The position numbers and the translations under genes are program-made. A stretch of DNA of 64,000 nucleotides from Octopus bimaculoides (taxonomy: Eukaryota): contig NC_068985.1 in the NCBI RefSeq assembly GCF_001194135.2, positions 116,379,369-116,443,368 of the forward strand, read 5' to 3'. A model generated the notes under the pieces. The model searched no databases and had not been told where the DNA came from. It saw nothing but the letters and a program-made list of their open reading frames with translations. Below, piece after piece: positions 51,963-64,000 of the stretch; position 1 is the first letter of the stretch, and each line of letters begins with the position of its first letter.

Positions 51963-52582
51963 ATATTTCTTTATTGCCCACAAGAGGCTAAAGTATAGAG
52001 GGGACAAACAAGGACAGACAAAGGGGTTAAGTCGATTACATCAACCCCAGTGCATAACTGGTGCTAATTTTATCGAGCCCTACGGAATGAAGAGCAAAGT
52101 TGATCTCGGCAGAGTTTAAATTTATAACGTAAAGACGGGTGAAATACCGTTAAGCATTTTGAACGTTGTGCTAACGGTTCTGCCAGCTCACCGCATTCAT
52201 AATGGTGGCCAGTCGATTAGATCGACCCCAGTATGCAACTGGTACTAAATTTATCGACCCGGCAAGGATGAAAGGCAAAGTTGACTTCAGTGAAATTAGA
52301 ACTCAGACGAAATACCGCTAAGCATTTCGCCCGGCGTGCTAATGTTTATTTCTTAATTGTCCAAATGGGGCTAAACATAGAGAGGAGAGACAAGGACAGA
52401 CAAAGAGGTTAAGTCGATTACATCGACACCAGTGCGTAACTGGTACTTAATTTATCGACCCCGAAAGAATGAAAGGCAAAGTTGACCTCGGTGGAAATGG
52501 AACTCAGAACGTAGCGGCAGACGAAATACCGCTAAGCATTTCGCCCGGCGTGCTAACGTTTCTGCCAGCTCTCGACCTCACG
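51963..52582 (-). mobile_element. Head-to-tail trimer of family A SINEs bracketed by a 17-bp direct repeat
   Basis: Three cores; flanks CTCGATCCTACTGTTTC (51946-51962) and CTCGATCCTATTGTTTC (52583-52599). Confidence 0.85.
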
Positions 52583-54560
52583 CTCGATCCTATTGTTTCT
52601 GCCAAGACCACGCCCCGTAATGATGGTTAAGAATTAAGCAGCTTCAAATTATTTGTGGGTCTTACTCCATGTGATAAAGCTACGCAAAGAATGCAAAAAC
52701 GATTAAAACAGAAAAAATAATAACTGAGGTTTAAATGTTGATGCCAAAGATTTACAACTACACTAGGTCGTTGTTATAAAACCGAGGTAAGTTACGTGTT
52801 CCCCCTCCGTTATTCCACTATTCACCTGTGTCCGTTCACTGTGCGATGCACGAAATTTCGGTTCTTGGGAGCATTCTGTAAAATATTGTACATAGAGAGT
52901 TTTTCTTCGCTTGAAAGATACACTCTTTCACATTCTTTGTTCATAACCAAAGTGAATCGTACAAGTATAATGTTGTGGCTGTTTTTTATATTGTTCAAGT
53001 TCAACCAAAGGAAGTAAAATTAACCTTGCTTTCTCCCTGTGTTCATCATTGATAAGCACAAAACTATTTACAATCACAATACTGGTTCTTTGCTTACATT
53101 TGTGTGAATGGTATTAGCTAAAGCATTTTTTTTAGTTTTGTATTCGTGCGTGAAGCGACAAATAGACATGCCCTTTTCTTTATTTTTTTTTTACAACGAA
53201 GTAAAAAAAATCTTCTCACAACTATCAGTTACATATTTCCCTTTTGCCAAAACAGGTAAAAGAACATTCTACAGTACTTCACAAGTGTAAGAACACCATG
53301 TTGCACACAGCGCAGGCGCTCGGAGGTTTACGACGTGATGCTGTTGAAAATCATATGAAAATATCGACGGAAAAAGAAAGCAAATAGCACTGTGTAACAA
53401 AAGTGCTATTTTCTATTTGCTTCTGTCTAGAAATCAAACGGAATGACTTCTATTCCAATCAAACTTTATTTTTGTGATCTAGTCGACGATGTTTTGAAAC
53501 TGGCCTATTATCAATTACATTTCAGACAGATTCACTGTTGAGTTGCTGAAGCAAAATTTTCTAGAATTTTCAATAAGTCTATTGAAGTTTCGATAAGTTT
53601 CTATGTCAAGGTTTTCTAGAACATTCTAGCAGCATAGATTTAACACATTACCTCCCATAATTCTATTAACTGGAATTTTTTTAATGTAACTTTGATTTCT
53701 AGCATAAAACAGCCTTAGAAAGGCGCTGGAATGATCAAAATAACATTTTAAATAGAAATAAGTGAGGTATTGGGTGATTTCATATGAGATCACTGGTAGG
53801 TAATGGGTTAAGTATAAATACGGGAATCGTAGGCCTAAAACTGTAGTTTACTTCTAGCTGTCCAAGTGGAGACAATTTAGAGCAGAGCAAACTTTGACGG
53901 TAATACTTGCCATTTTTCATACTTTCTTGGGGTAAGCAAATAGGAAATACACAGCGTAATGATTTTTAATATTGGTACACGATTACCATTCTGCGATCTA
54001 GGTCGAGTGGATTATATTAATTCCATTACAATACTGTCTCATATTAATCTAGGGTGGATCGATCAAGAGACAACTACCCATCTACATTTAAAATGAAACC
54101 GTGAAGCGACTTCATCACAATACACTTTGTACTTTACCATTCGGACTGCATTTTCTGAGAGTTCAACGACTTTTATTAATAATAATGATTTCCAAAGAGT
54201 GATGAATTGATAATATATCAGGTTGCACAAATAGAAATTAATTACCAATTTACTATCAGACTGATTGGTTAATAAGCGTTTACATAGATATAAGTGGGCG
54301 TGTGTATGTGTGCATGACCATGTATGCGTATATGTGTGTGCATGTGTGTGTGTATACTTCCATATATATGTGTGTATAAATATTGCGTAAAATATATGTG
54401 TATATGGTTATATAACCATATACATGTATATGTATCTATATGTGTGTGTATGTGTGTATCGATGCATTTACCTATGTAAATAAATCTACATTTATTTATG
54501 CATTTATATCTATGATTGTTTACAGGAATGCATTAAAGCGTCTATATACATTAACTGATA

Positions 54561-55011
54561 TATATTATATTAGAGAAAAAATTAAAAACCAAACGAGAAC
54601 GAGAATCTCAAGTCATTTGGAATAATTTAATTAGATTAAGGTGAATTTGAAGTCTTACAGCCGTTTCTGAGATAACCTAAGTAGTTGGTTAACATATACA
54701 TGTACTGGGTATTCCGTCATCAGAAACATGGTAGAAATATATTACACAGAGAAAATTTACAGTTTACAAGGAATAAAATTCACAGTATACTGAAAATTAT
54801 TCCTTTTAAACTGTAAACTTTCCCTGTCTAAAATACTCATACGTTGTCTCTGATGACGGAAAGCTCATTGTCTGAACATGTTAACCTACCACTTAGGTTA
54901 TCTCAGAAACCGCTGAAAGCCTTCAAATTAATATTCCCTAATTAAATTATTCTCAATGACTTGCGACACTCGTTCTGCTTTGATTTATGATATTTCCTCT
55001 ACTATAATATA
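54561..55011. repeat. ~450-bp spacerless palindrome with a hammerhead-like motif in each arm
   Basis: Centre CAGTA|TACTG (54783-54792); CTGATGA...GAAAC on + (54850-54910) and on - (54723-54663). Confidence 0.85.
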
Positions 55012-55179
55012 CACCTGATATAACGAAACCCTAATACAGATCCCTAGATCCGGTCTTAGATGTGATCTTCGAACCTAACGGTCGACCAAGTTTAGAAGTT
55101 ATTGACTGTATACCTATTCGTTTAGATCACAAGTGAACTAAACCCAACCAATTCTTTACTGATATATATATTTATGTGG

Positions 55180-55485
55180 TGCAAACGTGACTGAGTGGTA
55201 AGAAATTTGCTTCTCAACCACATGGTTCCGGGTTTAGTTCCACTGCGTGGTTGCTTGAACCGATGTCTTCTACTATAGCCCAAATCTGACTACAGCCATA
55301 GGAGTGGATTTGGTTGAAGGAAACTGAATGAAGCCCATTGTACTAATATATACATGCGTATATATAAATATATATATATGGGAGAATATACAAAAAATAA
55401 CAACAGACGAGGACAGGTGGTGTAAATAACAAAAGTATATATTAGTATGACGCTCGGGAATACGGAAAGTCTTTGACGTTATATA

Positions 55486-55523
<38 letters not shown>

Positions 55524-55765
55524 TGTATGTGTGTGTGTGTGTGTGTGTCTTCGCACGTACGCGTTTTCGTGTTTTTTTACGCCACAACATGACAGCCAAT
55601 GTTGGTTTGTTTACGCCCCCGTCATCTAGTACCTTCGCAAAAAATGACCAATAGAATAAGTACCAGGTGTAAAAAAACGACTAGTACTAGAGTCCATTTC
55701 TTCGACTATACTCATCAATGCAATGCAAGAATATGGCCGCTTTCTAATGATTGACACCTAAGTAC
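55180..55765 (+). mobile_element. Bipartite SINE (B head, linker with foreign insert, E tail)
   Basis: Head 55180-55342, (TA)/(TG) linker interrupted at 55380-55480, tail 55570-55765. Confidence 0.75.
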
Positions 55766-56094
55766 GTGTTTATCAATTTATACATTTATATCTATTTATA
55801 TATTATCTATAAACATATATCTATCTATGTAATTATGTTTGTATATAAACTTATGTATATGTATGTATGCACATACGTATATTATGTACGTATGTATTAA
55901 CTTAAACAACATGTGAATAAATTTATATATATAAATGTATTTATATATATNNNNNNNNNNNNNNNNNNNNNNNNNNNNNNNNNNNNNNNNNNNNNNNNNN
56001 NNNNNNNNNNNNNNNNNNNNNNNNNNNNNNNNNNNNNNNNNNNNNNNNNNNNNNNNNNNNNNNNNNNNNNNNNNNNNNNNNNNNNNNNNNNNNN

Positions 56095-56127
<33 letters not shown>

Positions 56128-56689
56128 ATGTACATATATGTACATATACATGGTTTATATGTTTCTGAATACGCTGCTTCTGATACAAAATAAATATAAA
56201 GCAAATACAAATTAATAAAGAGTAAGACATTCCTACACTTTAGATAATATGAGCGTAACAAGAAAAAAAGTTGAACCAAAGATTAATTAAAACTAATTGG
56301 AAGGAGGATTAAAAACACATGAAAAATCTAGTCGTTTTCTGCAATAAATTAATTTACACTATATCACCAGTGATTTAGAAATAATTACAAAGCATCTCTT
56401 TCTCTGTCGCTCACACACACATACACACACACCACACACGCTCTGAAAAACAGTGGCGCGCGCACGCGTACATATACAGATCTGACTTCATTCTCAATGA
56501 GAATGGTTGACAAATATAAACAAAAAACAAGCATTAAATAAAAATAAATTTATTTTGAATTGAAAGAAAATACAAATTTTCTGCCAGGAAAATAACAGAT
56601 ATCAAGAACGATTACTATTGCTGCTGCTACTGCTACTGCTACACTAATGCTAATGCGACTATTACTATTGACAGTAATAATAATAATGG

Positions 56690-57271
56690 CTTCAAATTAT
56701 GTCATAAGGCCAGGAGTATCGAGGAAAATTGATAGGTCGATTACATCGACCGTAACACTCAACTGGTGCTAATTTTATCGAGCCCTAAGGAAGGACGAGC
56801 AAAGTTGACCTCGGCGGAGTTTAAATTCAGAGCGTAAAGACGAGTGAAATATCGTTTAGCATTTTGACCGTTGCGCTAACGGTCCTGCCAGCTCGCCGCC
56901 TTCATAATGATAATGATCCTTTCTGCTATAGGCACACAGCATGGAATTTTGGGGAAGCGGGCCAGTCGATTAGATCGACTCCAGTATGAAACTGGTACTT
57001 AATTTATCGACCCGGCAAGGATTAAAGGCAAAGTTCACTTCAGTGAAATTTGAACTCAGACGAAATACCGCTAAGCATTTCGCCCGGCGTGCTGTTTCTT
57101 ATTTCTTTATTGCCCAGATGGGGCTAAACATAGAGCGGACAAACAAGGACAGACAAAGGGGTTAATTCGATTACATCGACCCCAGTGTGTAACTGGTACT
57201 TAATTTATCGACCCCGAAAGGATGAAAAGCAAAGTCGACCTCGGCGGAATTTGAACTCAGAACCTAACGGC
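56690..57271 (-). mobile_element. Second family A SINE trimer, truncated at its 5' end by the Penelope-like element
   Basis: Shares private variants with 52030-52520; breaks at AACCTAACGGCA|CCCCACTC. Confidence 0.85.
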
Positions 57272-60200
57272 ACCCCACTCTACACTCTGCTACAACCATC
57301 CCACGCAGACTCCGTACAACATCCTACTGCCTCATGCGCGCCACCATTCGTTCTAATCTCTTCAAAATACACACCATCNNNNNNNNNNNNNNNNNNNNNN
57401 NNNNNNNNNNNNNNNNNNNNNNNNNNNNNNNNNNNNNNNNNNNNNNNNNNNNNNNNNNNNNNNNNNNNNNNNNNNNNNNNNNNNNNNNNNNNNNNNNNNN
57501 NNNNNNNNNNNNNNNNNNNNNNNNNNNNNNNNNNNNNNNNNNNNNNNNNNNNNNNNNNNNNNNNNNNNNNNNNNNNNNNNNNNNNNNNNNNNNNNNNNNN
57601 NNNNNNNNNNNNNNNNNNNNNNNNNNNNNNNNNNNNNNNNNNNNNNNNNNNNNNNNNNNNNNNNNNNNNNNNNNNNNNNNNNNNNNNNNNNNNNNNNNNN
57701 NNNNNNNNNNNNNNNNNNNNNNNNNNNNNNNNNNNNNNNNNNNNNNNNNNNNNNNNNNNNNNNNNNNNNNNNNNNNNNNNNNNNNNNNNNNNNNNNNNNN
57801 NNNNNNNNNNNNNNNNNNNNNNNNNNNNNNNNNNNNNNNNNNNNNNNNNNNNNNNNNNNNNNNNNNNNNNNNNNNNNNNNNNNNNNNNNNNNNNNNNNNN
57901 NNNNNNNNNNNNNNNNNNNNNNNNNNNNNNNNNNNNNNNNNNNNNNNNNNNNNNNNNNNNNNNNNNNNNNNNNNNNNNNNNNNNNNNNNNNNNNNNNNNN
58001 NNNNNNNNNNNNNNNNNNNNNNNNNNNNNNNNNNNNNNNNNNNNNNNNNNNNNNNNNNNNNNNNNNNNNNNNNNNNTTAATTTTTCCAGGCGTCCCCGTC
58101 ATCCGAACATCTCTTCAGCCGAACTCTCTGCCCCTCGATGTCTCCGACGCCGCACTGACATCATCAGAAAACCGGCCGACTATGATGGCACCGTGATGGT
58201 GTTGTGCGCTGACCTCTACAAGGCAGAAACTCTCCCCAGCTTCAAAACACCTACTTCCCTCTGCCCTCTGACCCCACGCCCAGCTACCAACAGACTGTGT
58301 CCTCCACTATCCATGACCTCATCTCCTCATCACGACTCTCCCCACACCGCCTCCAACCTCATTGTCCACACCCCTCGCACCCCCACAATTTCCTTCCTCC
58401 CCAAAATACACAAACCTAACAACCATGGCCGCCCCATCGTCTCCCTTGAACTCATCTCTAGATATCTTGACTGTGTCCTTGTTCCCCTAGTTGCTTCCCT
58501 CCCCTCTCACATCCATAACTCCAACCATGCGCTTCTCCTCCACTCCAAGTCCCTCTAAGCTTCTGTTCATTCTCGACATCCAGAGACTTTACACGGTGAT
58601 CCCTCACCACGAGAGCTGCGTGCACTCCAACAATTATTTGACCTTCGATCCAAACCCCAACCCGACACATCCAAACTCATTCGTCTGGCCGAACTTGTCA
58701 TCTAACTCAACTGCTCCTCGTTTGCTGGTGATTTTTACCAGCATCGATCGGGAGTGGCCATGGGAACGAGAATAGGCGTCAACTATGCGAACCAATTCGT
58801 TGGCTACGTTGAGGCCGAAATATTCTCAAGTTTCACTGGTCCCACTCCCGAACTATTCGGCTGTTATATTGACGACTGTATCGGTGCAACCTCACTCTCC
58901 CTCTAACATCTAGACTCCTTCCTCTCTTTTGCCAAATCTTTCTATCCTGCCCTCCACCTCTCCAGTATTATCTCTGACACCTCAGTCTCCTTTCTTGACA
59001 TTTCGGTGAGCATTCATCACTCCACTCTCACTATCTCCATCCACTACAAAACATATAGACTCAACTTCTCCTCTTCCCACCCTAAACACATCAAGCTTTC
59101 CATCCCCTATTCCCAATTCCTCCGTCTACGCAGGTTCTGTTGTGACGACCATGATTTTGAGACTCAGTCTCAACTCATGGCTCGCCACTTCATCATACGT
59201 GGACATACCCTCACCACTATCCACATTGCCCTTGCAAGAGCACGTTCGGTGGACCGTGCATCTGCTCTCTCCCCCGCACCCACCCGCAATTTCCTGTCTC
59301 CCGTTTCCCCCTCAGCTACCATTCCACCACCCTACCTCTCCAACGCACCATTGTCCGAGCCTTCCGGCGTATCCAGTCCGACTCCTCCATTTCGCACATT
59401 TTCCCTATGCGACCCCTCTCTTCCTTCAAACGAGCCCACCAACCTACGAGACCCCTTGGTTCACAGTTTCTTCCCTAACCAAACCGCCTAACCCGGCTCG
59501 TTCCCCTGTTCCCACACACGTTGCCGCACTTGCCCTTACCCTTCCAACACCAACTTCTGCACCGGGATCATCGACCATATCATCGACCTTATCATATCAC
59601 CGTCTCCTTCACCTGTACTTCTACCAATGTCATCTACTGCATTTCCTGCTCTCTCTCTCTCTGCCCTTCTCTATACACTGGGCAAACGGGCCGCCGCTTG
59701 GCTGACCTGTTCGAGAAACACCTCCAAGACATCCGACTCGGCAATGACACCTCGGTCTCGCGCCATTTCCGCTCTACCAATCACTCTTTGCAACGCCTCT
59801 CTGTGTTCGTATTGTCCTTGCACAGGGGACATCCGGACTTCCGTTTTCGCCGTGAACAGAGATTAATCTTCTCTCTTTGCTCCTTAGCGCTACCTGGGCT
59901 CAATCCTCCTCTCCTTTTCCTCTAACGCTCCTCCGCTCTCCTGTCTCTCTGTCACACCTACTTCCTCCGACCCACCTCTCCTCTCTTGCTACGACTCCAA
60001 CGTCTCTTCCCTCCTACTCTCCTTTTCTCTGCTCTTCACTCCTATCCACCCTCTCCTTTCATCATCACCCCTCCCTCGTAATCCCACCCCTACACAATCC
60101 AACCCACCTTCCCTATCCATCCCATTCCAACCTTTACACCCACTCCCACATATCCCAACTCAACCCACCACCCTCAGCCTTACCCGCACTCCACACTCGC

Positions 60201-60720
60201 TTTTCTCACTCTCCTCTCCCCACACCCCAACACCACCACACTATACACCACCATACCACAGTATGCACCACCATGCTACACTATACACCACCATACCACA
60301 CAACACCACATCGCATCACACCACCATGCACACACTAGCATTGACCACTTCCCAGTCCCCCGCCATCATCCACATACTCACACATACACATACGCACACG
60401 TCAACGTCACCAGCCTTCTTCCACACGCGTATACATGCTCTCTTATACACACACACGCTTACCTTCGTTTAGGGATCACCACTATTTTATTATCTCGCCT
60501 TCTTCCTAGCGCTCCTATGTGACTCCTCTGTCCGGTATTCGCCATGGTAGATCGCTAGCCATTACACATTCTTTATTTTCTTTCCTTGTTTATTTCTGTG
60601 TTCCTTTCTGTGGAAGAGCGTAGGCTCGAAACGTTAAAGACTTTTTCACTTCCCAAGCGTTAAGCTAATACATCTGTTTGTTGTCTACATCCACTGTCTT
60701 CGTATTTTGTTTGTATGTAT
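57272..60720 (+). mobile_element. Penelope-like retroelement, Neptune-type (RT + Cys linker + GIY-YIG), frameshifted; 5' part lies in a gap
   Basis: DIIRKPAD, FLPKIHKPNNHGRPIVS, GVAMGTRIGVNYAN (58751-), YIDD (58865-58876), SSSHPKHIKLSIPYSQFLRLRR, GSFPCSHTRCRTCP linker, NVIYCISC...LYTGQTGR...HLQDIR...VSRHF...REQRLIF; pyrimidine-rich 3' region and pLTR-like end. The 57272 start is inferred. Confidence 0.92.
60604..60639 (+). ncRNA. Minimal type-I hammerhead motif in the PLE terminal region (A6-to-U variant)
   Basis: CTTT-CTGTGGA-A-GAGC(GTAG)GCTC-GAA-ACGT-T-AAAG: stem I, stem II and palindromic stem III are all present. Confidence 0.7.
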
Positions 60721-61259
60721 GTATCTATTTATGCACGCTATTAGCGTATATGTATGTATGTTTGGATAGATGGATATATTTATGTAAATATTCAAGCATG
60801 TATTGAAATTTCCGTAAATATGGAATAAACATAAGTGCCAATCCTAAGTGGATTCAAAATGTTGTATAATATGATTATAAATGCTACGACTCTACGACTA
60901 TTTCAACACTTCAATGGGATGGTGATAACCTTTATTCTCCTGCATTTAAAAGGATCGTTCAGGCACCTTGAAGCTTACGTGGGTGTTGAAATTCGTTTAG
61001 AGCCCTTACCAGTTGAATCTGCTTTACGGTCCATTTGAAGGTCTCATGATAACAATATTATCATGCTGTTTAACTTGTGAAAACTTTAGAAGCATCTATA
61101 ACCACCTCTTACACAGAAGCGACTACGGAAAGTGCACGTGCACCTGCACGCACCTGGATATACGACACTACAATTGAGTGTGCACACGTATGTGTGTGTG
61201 TGTATCTGTGATCATGTGCATCCATGTGTATGTGTGTGCGTGAGCGTGTGTGTATGTTT

Positions 61260-61308
<49 letters not shown>

Positions 61309-61462
61309 CGCGTACGTGCGTGCTTAGATTTTACATTCAGCTACAAGGTTGTCATGTTTACTTTCTAAGTATCGAACATCATAATTTGCTGTTAATATTG
61401 TGTCGATCACATGTAATCTTATAAATAACTTATAAGCATAAATAAACAGCCATACATACACG

Positions 61463-61571
<109 letters not shown>

Positions 61572-62339
61572 ATATACATATATATGTATGTATATATATA
61601 GTATATATACGGCAGCAAAGAAAATGGAGAGGATGCAAACTCAACATACATCAGGGTAATCAGATATGAGATAATTACAATTGAAAGTAAATAACTCTGA
61701 AAAGGGCTTTTGTGTGTTCCCAGAGAATATTACCCTCAGGGGTGCTAGTGTTGGTTATATTCGTGAGTAAGTTACTAACCAAAATAACTGCATCTATTGT
61801 TTAGCTAAAAACTATTTAATTCTTTAAGGATTGTACTGGAAAAATTGTGAAAATAACACTAACACTTCAAATACTAACAAATAAGCATACTCAACTTCAT
61901 TTTTACCAAATAATTTAGGAATATGAGTAGGTTATTTCCCTTGGCTTTTAAAATAAAATGTAGTAGATATATATAAGGATCCCTTCCAGGGTCCCTATCA
62001 TCGACTTTTTTCAACAGTCTGAGTATGCCATGAGATTTCCAGTCATGAGTTCTACTCACGTGTCAACTTACTTCAAAATTGATAAAATGATATAGGAGTT
62101 AGTTAACTCAACACACACACCCACAGACAGAATTTCCTATATATGTAGTGAGAGAGAGGGAGAGAGAGATGCGGAGAGAGTGGGGGAGATACAGCAGAGA
62201 GAGACAGACAGAGAAACAAACAAATATATATGCATCTATTATTTTGTTCATTAACTTGTATCAGTTATTTGACTGTAGCTTTGCTGGAGCACCCCCTTAA
62301 ATGGTTTTAGTCGAACAAATCGACCTCAAGATGATCAAT

Positions 62340-62880
62340 GTTACTATTATCCTGGAGTTTCTACTAACATATCCAAGCATTGTCTTCTGTTCATATATGC
62401 TCATCGTTTCATCTGATGCATACTGTCGTAGAGTCGTGCATGGCTTTGGACATGTATTTAATGTTATTGGACGAGGAATACTACTCAAGGAGTGCTTTCC
62501 ATGTCATATGATATTATCAGCCTCATGTATGTAAACTTAGTCAAGAGATGCTCTTCGATACTTGATGATTAAACGATGCTGCCGAAGGGACATGATACGA
62601 CATTCAAAGGCATTTTGGATCGATGTTATGCCTCTACCGCTTTGTTTTCGTTTCAGCTAGAGGCGGTCTACGTCAGTGTTTATGTGGAAATTATGTATGC
62701 TTGTTGGTATTTCCCGGCTTTCGCATCAATGGCTCGGATCTCATCTAGCGTCCGCTCAAGCAGCCCAAATGTGACACCTGTTTCGTTACAGATGCCATTG
62801 TAAGATACATTCTCTTCCACCCCGAGATACCTGTAACATTGCTCGTCAGATACAGGTGAAACAATCAAGTCGTTGATAGA
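62340..62880 (-). mobile_element. R4/Dong-clade RT/thumb fossil with internal deletion
   Basis: Minus strand: CYRYLGVEE, TFGLLERTLDEIRAIDAKAGK, NFHINTDVDRL*LKRKQSGRGITSIQNAFECRI, YEQKTMLGY. Confidence 0.8.
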
Positions 62881-62890
62881 CTGTATGTAC

Positions 62891-62921
<31 letters not shown>

Positions 62922-62958
62922 TGTATGTATGTATGTATACCTACATCTATCTATATAT

Positions 62959-63003
<45 letters not shown>

Positions 63004-63032
63004 AATCTATCTATCTGTATATATATATATAA

Positions 63033-63063
<31 letters not shown>

Positions 63064-64000
63064 TATGGAATAGAAAAGAGAAAATACATAAAGCTACTAA
63101 GAATGCGGTAAGTTTTACAAAAAACCTCTATATTTCAGGCACAAAGGCCCATACTCAGAAGGGAACAAGCCATGAAATATCCAGTTACATCTGTTCCTCA
63201 AATAGTCTCAGTAAGACAACGGAGTCGGTGTTAACTGGATGCTTCCCTTGTGGAGAGGCCATTAGGCCTGAAATATCAAGAAAGGTCTTTGTAAAATGTT
63301 TTCCCTTGTGAGAAGCTCTCTTATTTTCCCGTTATCTATCCCTGCTTCGGTATTCCTATGCTTCAAGCGAACTACAACGCTTTAACATATAGATAGAGAG
63401 AGAGAGAGAAAGCGAGAGAGAGAGAGAGAGAGAGATAGAGAGAGACACACACGCACAAGCAAACACATGCACACATACACACACACATGTATTGCTTATG
63501 TCTCCATTAGGGTACGTTAGAGATTTTGAGGCTTAAATTTTATAGCTATTTTAAGAGTGTTATTTGTGTATTATTCATAGTCAGAGAAGATAGGCTGTAA
63601 GTCACTCTCTTTGATATGCGAGTCGACAATGACTTTGTACTATAGAACTAGACTATAAAATATGTTGGAAATCTAAACAATAGTCCATGTTACGTATTAA
63701 TAGTCACAAATTAAATTTGCCGCAATTTTTTTTTTTTTAATCTGTAACCATATGTAATCTCTTGAGTTATTACATCGAACTAAACAATCATTAAAAGTTG
63801 CAACACTGTTTAATGCATTAGTACAGTTGCAAGAAAGTAACAGCCAGAAGCAATAACAAGAAAAACAACAACAGGCGTATATAGGGAGAGAGTGGGGGAT
63901 GGGGAGATAGAGACACAGAGATGCTTCTGCAGACATACACATACCCACATACAATGCTTCATGCATTAGTAAGTATGTATGCATATAGATCGGAAGAGCG

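Noticed and set aside
63109-63215. Splice-like signals (CG|GTAAGT, TTTCAG|, |GTAAGA) around an open 73-nt segment
   Set aside because: The implied upstream intron would be ~32 nt, the peptide is unrecognised and there are no supporting neighbours.

Overview
Animal genomic DNA: AT-rich, microsatellite-dense, with about 15 N-gaps that mostly sit in simple repeats. The repeat content looks like an octopod cephalopod (inference from SINE and microsatellite style; not database-confirmed). I can support no intact host protein-coding gene, tRNA, rRNA or CRISPR array, and most ORF-track entries are translated microsatellites or gaps. The window is mainly a transposon fossil bed. DNA transposons: a Buster/Charlie-type hAT remnant with its 3' TIR, mariner and DD41D (rosa-type) remnants, and several MITEs/foldbacks. 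Retrotransposons: four R4/Dong-like RLE fragments, an RTE RT fossil, a large Neptune-type Penelope-like element (RT + GIY-YIG) and pieces of other Penelope-like elements. There are also dozens of tRNA-derived SINEs from about four families. Structures that most merit a second look: (1) a ~450-bp spacerless palindrome with one hammerhead-ribozyme-like core on each strand (54561-55011); (2) a three-unit SINE cassette bracketed by a single 17-bp target-site-like repeat and duplicated 4.7 kb away; (3) a tandem pair of an unclassified ~520-560-bp TG...CA element at TAA repeats; (4) a bipartite SINE with an internal microsatellite linker; (5) repeated SINE-into-SINE junctions at one position. All alignments and translations were done by eye and coordinates of degraded elements are approximate.
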